From Schizosaccharomyces osmophilus (lineage: Eukaryota): a DNA stretch of 64,000 bases. Positions 20,836 through 29,154 of this stretch are shown piece after piece (the stretch's first letter is position 1; each line of letters opens with the position of its first letter). Under the pieces are notes generated by a model that was not told where the DNA came from, searched no databases, and was given only the letters and a program-made list of their open reading frames with translations. The position numbers and the translations under genes were made by a program. The stretch is taken from positions 496,001 through 560,000 of the forward strand of contig NC_079238.1 in assembly GCF_027921745.1 (NCBI RefSeq). The letters are read 5' to 3'.

Positions 20836-21040
20836 ATGGATTCTATGAAAAGCAACACCAACACATCTAGCTCTTCTCTTGTGAACAATGCTCCCTCTAA
20901 GCCTACTGTCACTACCAGTGGAGCTCAATGGTATCAACCCAAACCTCCTGGAATGTGGTATGTGGAACTTATACCTTTGCTTAACTAAGCTTGAGAAGAA
21001 CGGTAAACTAACCTTTAACTTTTTTAGTGTTATTTCTTGA
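20836..21040 (+). CDS. mfm2: M-factor mating pheromone precursor, 44 aa; join(20836..20957,21028..21040)
   Basis: MDSMKSNTNTSSSSLVNNAPSKPTVTTSGAQWYQPKPPGMCVIS*. The 70-nt intron (GTATGT at 20958, CTAAC at 21008, TAG at 21027) splits the Cys codon. CAAX box is CVIS. It lies between ams1 and the histidine-phosphatase gene, like S. pombe mfm2; paralog number is by position only. Confidence 0.93.
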
Positions 21041-21481
21041 TACTTCTTTGAACTTTTTTTTTTGATGATTCGATTTGGTTCTATGATTTGAGGTTTTGCT
21101 AGTTGGCAATTGCACAATGTTTCCAGGCATCCCATTCCAATTCCATATCGACAACGATTCAATTGTTTTGCTTTCGTAATATTTATGATATTTATATTAA
21201 TACTATTGTTATTTTCCAAGGTTTTTTTCATACAAAGTAATGCATACTTACCTTTTACAGACCTTACTATACAGTAGTAGTAATTGTCGTTGTTTTATTA
21301 GTAGTTGCATCATATAGGGTATTATCATTATTAAAAAAAAATATCCTTAACTAGGTTTATTAAAATCATACAGAGTTCATTGGGATCATCATAAAATCAT
21401 TGAGAGTGAATGAAGTCCTAGGGACTTGGGACTTGGGACCAAAACAATTATAAAGATGAATGTTTCCTAGAGCTGCTGTAT

Positions 21482-22150
21482 CTACTTCTCTTCAAGTGGA
21501 GTAAATCTCCAAGTCTTGTCGCTGTAGTAATGAAAAGTGTAGCCCCCATGCTGGCAAGCACTAAACGAATTCTTGTCCTTAGGTGTAGCATTCAAAGTTT
21601 CTCCGGGCTTTTGGAAACCGCAGAAGAGACGGATACAGACACCATGGGTTACGACTGCAAATGATTTTTGAGGCACCTTTGCAAAATATTCAGCCAACTG
21701 CTCTGTCTTTTTCACACTGGTCTCAAAGTCAGCTTTGTGGATTCCTTCCTTTTTGGGGTACAGCTTGTCTTCATAGCAGGCTGAAAAGTCGTATCTAGGA
21801 AATTGCTGTTCCAATTCCGCAACAGGTGTTCCAACGTTACATTCCCAATCTCCGCAATCCTGCAAAGTGGGAAGGATTTTTACGGGAAGATGATCTTCAA
21901 ATATGTAATCTTGGAAAGCAATTGTCATTGTTTCAAGAGCCCGGCGTAAAGGAGAGCAGAATATAATTTCTATAGGAAGTTTTGCATCTCGAAGCTGAAC
22001 TCGAGCCTGTTCAGCTTGCTTAATACCTTCCTTATTCAACATGGGATCGTGATCTCGATGTACACCCTCCTCATCGGTCTTGTGGTCCACAAGTCCATGA
22101 CGTAAAAAGTAAATAGTCTTCTTGTCGTCCTGTCTAGTAGCAAAAGCCAT
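21482..22150 (-). CDS. Histidine phosphatase / phosphoglycerate mutase family protein, 222 aa (SPAC513.02-like)
   Basis: LRHG, SPLRRALET, VVTHG motifs. Confidence 0.9.
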   Translation of the reverse strand: MAFATRQDDKKTIYFLRHGLVDHKTDEEGVHRDHDPMLNKEGIKQAEQARVQLRDAKLPIEIIFCSPLRRALETMTIAFQDYIFEDHLPVKILPTLQDCGDWECNVGTPVAELEQQFPRYDFSACYEDKLYPKKEGIHKADFETSVKKTEQLAEYFAKVPQKSFAVVTHGVCIRLFCGFQKPGETLNATPKDKNSFSACQHGGYTFHYYSDKTWRFTPLEEK

Positions 22151-22686
22151 TTTTTCAAAACTTGATGTTTTTAACCCTGGTACTTTGGAGGTTTGCTTTC
22201 TTCTGTATATGACATCTCGTGTTATTTATACTGTACTTATGAAGTCAAGATCCATAATGCTTGGAATTTCCATGACAGTACATTTACGTGTACTCGAAGT
22301 GATGTGAATATGCAGTAAGGTGGTTACATTTTCCATCTTGTGTAAAACCAATATGGCAAAAAGCTCCATCCAGCGGTTTCGAAACTACACTGTTTATTGC
22401 ATTCTATCACTTAGAAGAAGTGTTACTATTTTTGTTCTTTATTTCGGTTCAGTTTCAATGTATAGTCATGGATTCTTTCTTTAGGAAAACACAAAAGCGC
22501 TGTTTGAAACCATACTAACGAATTTTTCATTATTCACTAAGAGACTATAGGAAAGACACTCTTCTACGGTAGTCAACATAAACGTATGAAAATCATGAAA
22601 AATATGTATTATTCATAAAGAACAGAAAATATTCAATGAGCCGTGATCCAACAAAAGGAGAGATAATATTGTAAATTTATGTAAAT

Positions 22687-23736
22687 TTACTCATCGGCAA
22701 TCTTGGAAAGTGCCTTGCCAAAGTTGTTTCCTTGAAGGACAGCAAGCAAGCCTTCAGGAACAGAACCCAAACCCATGTAAACATCATACTTGTATTTGAG
22801 CTTTCCTTCGGCAATCAGTTTGGGCATTTCACGGAAGTATTCCTCTTGGTAGAGAGGCAACAAGTTGAAGACAATGAAGCCTTCGATCTTAATACTCTTG
22901 GTAAGGAGTTGGGGATAATTCTTCAAACCATAAGGATTGGGGTTGTTGTATTGACTGATGCAACCGCAAAAAATGATACGAGCGTGGAAGTTTGCGTTTA
23001 AGAGCACGGCGTCCATTGTTTCGCCTCCGACATTCTCAAAGTAAATGTCGATGCCCTTAGGACAGACACGAGGAAGAGCGTCATGGACATTTTCCTTTTT
23101 ATAGTTAAAAACTGCATCATATCCAATGTCCTTCAAATGGGCGAGTTTCTCATCCGATCCAGCACTTCCTACAACGTACAAGCCCATAGATTTCGCCAAT
23201 TGACCCACCACTTGACCAACAGCACCAGATGCTGCAGAGACGTAAATGGTCTCACCTGCCTTGGGTTGTCCAATATGCTTGAGTCCAACATATGCGGTTT
23301 GACTGGGCATTCCCAAAGCACCCACGAAGGTCATCAAAGGCAAATTGTATTCGTTATTGATAGTTTTGACCATGCCCATAGCCTGTTTAGGCACAAGTGT
23401 ATACTCTTCCCAACCGCTCAAGAAAACGACATGGGAACCCGTCTTGTGTTCTGGAACTGCAGACTTGACAACTTCAGCAAGCGTTAAGTTTGGAATCGCT
23501 TGTCCTAATTCCAAGGATGGCAAATAACTCTTGTACTTAGGATTTTGCATGCGAATACGGATGTAGGGATCGATAGAAGTGTAAATGTTTCTCAAAAGTA
23601 AAGGATGCTCTTCATCAACCTTGACAGCTTCCAAATTGTAAGGACGTTCTTCCAAACCGAAGTGTTCTCCAATTTTGGGATATCCTTCAGTAGGATCAAT
23701 ATACTTCTTTAAAACAATAGCGTTATTCGAACTCAT
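22687..23736 (-). CDS. NADP-dependent alkenal/prostaglandin reductase-type MDR oxidoreductase, 349 aa (SPAPB24D3.08c-like)
   Basis: SIDPYIR, VSAASGAVG, GIDIYFENVGG, CGCISQYN. Confidence 0.92.
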   Translation of the reverse strand: MSSNNAIVLKKYIDPTEGYPKIGEHFGLEERPYNLEAVKVDEEHPLLLRNIYTSIDPYIRIRMQNPKYKSYLPSLELGQAIPNLTLAEVVKSAVPEHKTGSHVVFLSGWEEYTLVPKQAMGMVKTINNEYNLPLMTFVGALGMPSQTAYVGLKHIGQPKAGETIYVSAASGAVGQVVGQLAKSMGLYVVGSAGSDEKLAHLKDIGYDAVFNYKKENVHDALPRVCPKGIDIYFENVGGETMDAVLLNANFHARIIFCGCISQYNNPNPYGLKNYPQLLTKSIKIEGFIVFNLLPLYQEEYFREMPKLIAEGKLKYKYDVYMGLGSVPEGLLAVLQGNNFGKALSKIADE

Positions 23737-23822
23737 ACTACTAACAATAAACCAAAACTGGTATTCTTCTCTGCGACTTTAGAGTAGAGCAACAGCTTCC
23801 TTTTTATACCGACGTAAACTGC

Positions 23823-23861
23823 CATTAGTAATACATATCATATATCGTCATTAGTAATACA
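23823..23861. promoter_or_regulatory. Duplicated Pap1/Yap1-type site (TTAGTAA x2)
   Basis: 13-bp direct repeat CATTAGTAATACA at 23823 and 23849, ~90-125 bp upstream of the oxidoreductase ATG. A third TTACTAA is at 24032. Confidence 0.55.
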
Positions 23862-24382
23862 ACTTTCCATTCTCTCTGAAGAAGTCGATCGAAAGATTTT
23901 TTTTAGGCACTAACCGAAGCTTATTACACTAAAAATGAAACGTACTGTCGGTAAATAAAGAAGGAAATACACAAATAAAAATAAAAAAAGGAAATGAAAT
24001 GAAATGAAAAAGGATATTAATGAAACGATTGTTACTAAAAATTGTTTGTCTCTTTCAATGGTTTGTACGCAAAGGGTGTGAACGATCAAAACTTTCAAAT
24101 GTAAACTTACTAGGTTTCTTACTTTTTACGTGCAAAGATTGTCTCCATTCCATAATTGGTCAGTTTATTAATTTTATGTGTCTTAGATATCTTCAAAAAT
24201 GAAAGCAAAAAAAAAAAAAAAAAAAAAAGGTCGTTATGAACATTCAGCTCTGTTTTGCAAGGACCAATGATCCTTTCTAGGTCATTATTCCGAATTTATC
24301 TCTTTTTTTAGAGCTCTACATTTTTCATGCATATACAGGATCACAATTGCTAACGCAAGACAGCACAAGAAACTATGTCATT

Positions 24383-27300
24383 TCAGCTTTCTTTCTTTTC
24401 TAACTGTTTGCTTTTCTTCCGAGTACGAGCGACTCGTTTCCGAAGGATTGTACTAAGGAGTATATGAATGGGTAATCTTCGAATAATCTCATATATAAGG
24501 ATCGCAAAGCCAAGATTAAAGGCAGCATATCCTATAAGGATACCAAAGTTTCTCCATCGATGATGATAACTATACCCAAAATTGGCTAGAACCTCATCTG
24601 CGACTGTGTATGGACAAAACTCACAGCTTGTGATAGCTTCCGGGTTATAAACAGCGCCAGCACCGGATGAATTTATATAATCCATAAAATATTGTCCACA
24701 GGTAAATCCTGAAGGGGGGTCAACCATGTATAATTCACCACGTTCACAGACAATTGGTACATTATGCAAGTTGTTTCCAGTCATCCCTTCAAGGAAGTAT
24801 TTATATGGACTAAGGGCGTTCATCCATTTCCAAAAGCCTATAAGCTGACTAGGTAATTGAACCATGCCATTAAAATACTGTACAAACACGAAAGCAGTAC
24901 CGCTCAGTAGGGACGCAGTACCAACACTTGGAGAAATGGTGGCAATGCCAATACCAAACGTCGTATAGTACAGAGCAAAAGCCATCATGATCAACCAAGC
25001 GTAACCACCGTAAAAAGGCGTATTGTGACCACTCAAATAATAACCGCTTGGGTAGTACCAGCATAAGAAAAACAGTGTTCCAAAACTACAATTTATGACA
25101 GCTTCCGTGATGAAAAAAGCAAAAATAAAAGCAGGGCGGCTATAAGTTGCAGAGTTTTCTTCCTGGTACTCGTAAACATCACGTAAATAAATAAATTTTG
25201 GTATCAGCCCGTTAACAAAAGAAGTAGAAGCAATCGTTAACATATAGGCAGAAAACATTTTGTTCTGTGTTCTCTGCACTCCATTTCCTTGTTTATAGAA
25301 CGCAAATCCAATAAGTAACCCAGCCAAAATATTGAACAATAACCGACTAATCAGAAGTGTAGGGTCCCTCCAATAAAGAGTGAAATTCCGCTTCATAATC
25401 TTGAATGTTTGGTAGGACGCGCTACTCAAAAACTCCTCTTCAGAACGTACCTCTTCATCACTTATTGTGCTGCTCCTTAAATGGTCGAGTTCTGAGATAA
25501 GGTGCTTATGTGCGTCCGTCGATTCCCAAGCAGCTCCATAATCTATTTCTTCCCCTTCGTTTCTGTAATATAGACATCTTATTGCATAGTCAGCAGGATC
25601 TTTGTCACTATTTTCGTCATTTCCATGAAGTTTCTTGAAATACTTTGTCACTGTTTGAGCATAATTGCCTATGTCACCAAGGTAAGCGGTCCGACCGTAG
25701 CCATCAAGAACCATTATTGAATGAAATAAATTAAGAAGTCGCGAGCTAGGTTGTGAAGTCGAACACATAATCGACAGGCCTGCATTTGCTAGTTTTCGAA
25801 GCGTAGCCATAAGCATCCAAGCGGATTGACTATCAAGTCCTGACACGGGTTCATCCAGAAGAAGAGCAGATCCCGGCCTTGCAACTAACTCAATTCCGAT
25901 TACTGTCAGCCTTTTGTGATATAAGGATAAGCCTCCACCTATGTCGCCAACAATGAATTTAGCAACATCATATAGACCCAAAAAATCAATAACCTTGTCT
26001 ACATACTCATAGCGCTCGGACATGGATACCCCACCACTTTGACGAAGCGAAGCATGTAGTCGAAGGGTTTCTCGTACAGTATACTGAGGAATAAACATTA
26101 AATGGTTCGGCACGTAGCCAATCCTTTTCCGTAAATATTTTGGATTTTTTATCCCATTTAAAGTCACTTCTCCTTCAACAATTCCCGATACACCACGTTG
26201 CGACAGTGTTTTAAGAAATACAGATTTACCTGACTTATTTTCACCAATCAATGCCATTAATTGTCCAGGCTTAATGAAACCATTGAGATTTTTCAATACA
26301 GTTTTCTGTACTCCTCCTTCTAAAATGAAAAAGGATAGGTTCTTCCAGCATAGCGACAATTCGTCCGTCGTTTTTAAAGACGTGGAGACGTCCATTGACC
26401 TATGGATTTTTTGTTCTTTATTCTGTTTCAATAATTCTTCATTAGTATTATTCGCCCATGAACTTTGAATAGTTGTGTATAATTTTCTCATCTGAAACTC
26501 AGGAATGGCAAAAGGCGTCTTATCATATACAATAAAATTGGCTATCAAAAGAGACAGCAGCAAAATAAAAAGCGAAAACCCAAGAATTATACCACAATTC
26601 CTCCATAAAAAGGAGCTTTTATATTGAAAAACGGTATTCAAGTAAGTGATGCCTATGATATGAGGAATTCCAGCTACACTAGACGGAGAAGGGCATATAT
26701 TGTTCAGAAGAGAGAAACGTAAATTTGGTATTATCGCCGAACAATTGAATACTCTGTTTTTGAACTCATTCAACATGACAGATTCATACCCATACTGAAT
26801 AGGATTCGCATAACTAAGCCATCGGAACCACCATCCAATATAAGAAATTGGCATTACAGAACCGCAAAATGAAATAAAATAGATAGCGGCAAGGCCACCT
26901 ATAAAAGCTGCGATTTCTGCACTTTGGGAGAGTAAAGCGACGAATCGAAAAATTGATGCCATACAATAAGTAATTAGAATGGTAAACAGAAAAAAGGTAA
27001 AGAAAGCACCAGCATTGACTCGAAAACCAACTAAGAAGTAAACAATTATATCAAACATCCCAACAAATATCAAGCGAAGAGGGAATTCCACTATGGTCGA
27101 GCCAAATAAAGTTGCCGATGGTTGATATAAGCATTGGATTTGATGTTTGGCAAACAAAGATTTTTTCATAAATATAATGTCTACCTCAGACATTGTTTGA
27201 ATAGCGGTAAATATAATTGCAGCTGAGAGAACGCTAGCTCGAGAATAAAGCGTTCCGGATGAATCTTGAATTTGATAAAAAATAGAACCAAGCATAAACC

Positions 27301-28633
27301 CTTGAAATATATAAGAAAAAATAAAAGTTAAGTGAAAAGAATAATCGTGGAGATAATGGAAGTATGTCACTTTAGCAAAAGCCCATACTTGTAGTCTGTA
27401 AGGAACGACAGAGGGGATTCGATTGAAGAAGCGCTTCCACTTGACAATAGGCGTATTGGAAGAATCCTTTGTGTGAAAAGCCGAAACATCACTATGGTGT
27501 TCCGTATACTGATCGATTGCTGATATTAGATGCGCATAATCCTTGCTTTGAAGCCAGCATTGACGGAATTCAGCAGGGTTAGATGGTATAAAGCCTTTGT
27601 GATTTTTATTAACAACTCGAAGCTCTGGATAGAACAATGAAGTGACAAATTCACCAATAGTACTGTGACTTTGCGGAATGAAACCAAGACCTAAAAAGTA
27701 GTCTTTCACGCGGGAAGAGGGACCGTAAAAGATTTGTTCACCTTCATATAAAACAGTTACCATATCAAACATTCGAAGGATTTTATCGGACAACTGATTG
27801 GAAACCGCAGTCAAGGTCATTCCAAAGACATGGGAGATAATTTTAATTCTTGAAAGAATGTGCGCAGCAGTCACCGAATCGAATTCACGCAGAGTATTGT
27901 CCCAGCATTGAAATAACGGTCGTGCACACATCGTTTCTGCGATATTGATGCGTTTCTGTTCACCTCCACTTATAACTTTGAAAATTCGACGATTATAAAA
28001 TGAATTCAGTTCAAACGCATCGCATATAATTTCACAAATCCTTTTAATTGTTTCCTCACGAGAGACATCATAATGTTTCACGTCAGGAAGGCGACAGGCG
28101 CAAACAAACTCCAACAAACGGCGTACACTGATGGTTGCAAATGATAAATGGTCATCATCGTGATAACTTAGATCGGTTTTATATTGACTATGCATTGTGC
28201 GATAATCCAAGCCGCTATAATTAAGCGTTCCTTCCAACATTTCATTCTTCTCGATTACTCCACTCAAAACTTTGAGCAAATTATGAGACCCTGATCCTTC
28301 ATGACCAATTACTAACAAAAAGGCACCTGGGTCTAATACAGCGTCAAATTCCTTTATCAAGGGAACCGTATTACGTTTAGGCTTTCTGGAAAACAAAACA
28401 TTCAAGGGATACATCAATTGATCCAGAAGAGAAGTGATCGTGAGACGTTCATTATATTTCCCAAAGACTTTAAATCCTCGTGCGCAAAATCCAGTAACTC
28501 GATCACGAATCCCAAACCCCTCCAGTGTGTCTGCATACTCTCGAATCCTTTTTTCAAACTCTCGCGCTGAATCTGCATCTTCACTTACGGGTCCTGTAGT
28601 ACCCACTTTTTGCTGGTTAGCCTTTTCCCTCAT
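24383..28633 (-). CDS. pdr1: PDR-type (full-size ABCG) ABC transporter, ~1416 aa
   Basis: NBD-TMD-NBD-TMD layout, ISGGEQKR, CWDN, GENKSGKS, LLLDEP, LWRNCGI and WRNFGI PDR motifs. First ATG is 28633, so the start is uncertain. Confidence 0.88.
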   Translation of the reverse strand: MREKANQQKVGTTGPVSEDADSAREFEKRIREYADTLEGFGIRDRVTGFCARGFKVFGKYNERLTITSLLDQLMYPLNVLFSRKPKRNTVPLIKEFDAVLDPGAFLLVIGHEGSGSHNLLKVLSGVIEKNEMLEGTLNYSGLDYRTMHSQYKTDLSYHDDDHLSFATISVRRLLEFVCACRLPDVKHYDVSREETIKRICEIICDAFELNSFYNRRIFKVISGGEQKRINIAETMCARPLFQCWDNTLREFDSVTAAHILSRIKIISHVFGMTLTAVSNQLSDKILRMFDMVTVLYEGEQIFYGPSSRVKDYFLGLGFIPQSHSTIGEFVTSLFYPELRVVNKNHKGFIPSNPAEFRQCWLQSKDYAHLISAIDQYTEHHSDVSAFHTKDSSNTPIVKWKRFFNRIPSVVPYRLQVWAFAKVTYFHYLHDYSFHLTFIFSYIFQGFMLGSIFYQIQDSSGTLYSRASVLSAAIIFTAIQTMSEVDIIFMKKSLFAKHQIQCLYQPSATLFGSTIVEFPLRLIFVGMFDIIVYFLVGFRVNAGAFFTFFLFTILITYCMASIFRFVALLSQSAEIAAFIGGLAAIYFISFCGSVMPISYIGWWFRWLSYANPIQYGYESVMLNEFKNRVFNCSAIIPNLRFSLLNNICPSPSSVAGIPHIIGITYLNTVFQYKSSFLWRNCGIILGFSLFILLLSLLIANFIVYDKTPFAIPEFQMRKLYTTIQSSWANNTNEELLKQNKEQKIHRSMDVSTSLKTTDELSLCWKNLSFFILEGGVQKTVLKNLNGFIKPGQLMALIGENKSGKSVFLKTLSQRGVSGIVEGEVTLNGIKNPKYLRKRIGYVPNHLMFIPQYTVRETLRLHASLRQSGGVSMSERYEYVDKVIDFLGLYDVAKFIVGDIGGGLSLYHKRLTVIGIELVARPGSALLLDEPVSGLDSQSAWMLMATLRKLANAGLSIMCSTSQPSSRLLNLFHSIMVLDGYGRTAYLGDIGNYAQTVTKYFKKLHGNDENSDKDPADYAIRCLYYRNEGEEIDYGAAWESTDAHKHLISELDHLRSSTISDEEVRSEEEFLSSASYQTFKIMKRNFTLYWRDPTLLISRLLFNILAGLLIGFAFYKQGNGVQRTQNKMFSAYMLTIASTSFVNGLIPKFIYLRDVYEYQEENSATYSRPAFIFAFFITEAVINCSFGTLFFLCWYYPSGYYLSGHNTPFYGGYAWLIMMAFALYYTTFGIGIATISPSVGTASLLSGTAFVFVQYFNGMVQLPSQLIGFWKWMNALSPYKYFLEGMTGNNLHNVPIVCERGELYMVDPPSGFTCGQYFMDYINSSGAGAVYNPEAITSCEFCPYTVADEVLANFGYSYHHRWRNFGILIGYAAFNLGFAILIYEIIRRLPIHILLSTILRKRVARTRKKSKQLEKKES

Positions 28634-29154
28634 GAACGTTTCCAGATTATCCTTCAAATTAAATGAAATCTCTACTTTTCCTTTTTTCTCTTTACGAGCA
28701 TGTGAACGGGAAATGTAAATTCACATCAATTAGTATGAAGAACCAGATGACGTTAACTTTTGCGGTCTTGAAATTTTTCTGCGAAACCCCAGAATAAGCT
28801 ACCGAGGCCTTCCTTTCGACAGGACCTTCGGTTACTCTACTCTTTCTTTCATTAGATGTCGTTTAAAATCGCTGATGACAGTTGTATTCCTCAGTGGAAC
28901 GTGTCTATTCAATCCTACATTTATAACCGCTAGTTTATAAGGCAACATGGCCATGTAATAACTAGGCAATTTGAGGATTTGGAGAATAAACACGCTACAA
29001 CGCAGCTAGCATCATGGTGTTACAAGGAAGACGAAACGAAAAATTATAAACACATTCAAGATGAAAATTGAAATATGAGATATTAAATTATACAATCAAA
29101 AAATTACAGGTATAATAAAGAAATGAAATGAAACGATGGGAAAGTGGTTAAGGC

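Noticed and set aside
20719..21231. 170-aa minus-strand ORF
   Set aside because: Antisense to the M-factor gene and low-complexity.
24207..24228. 22-nt poly(A) tract as a retroposition scar
   Set aside because: No target-site duplication or processed gene nearby; poly(dA) tracts are common in these intergenic regions.
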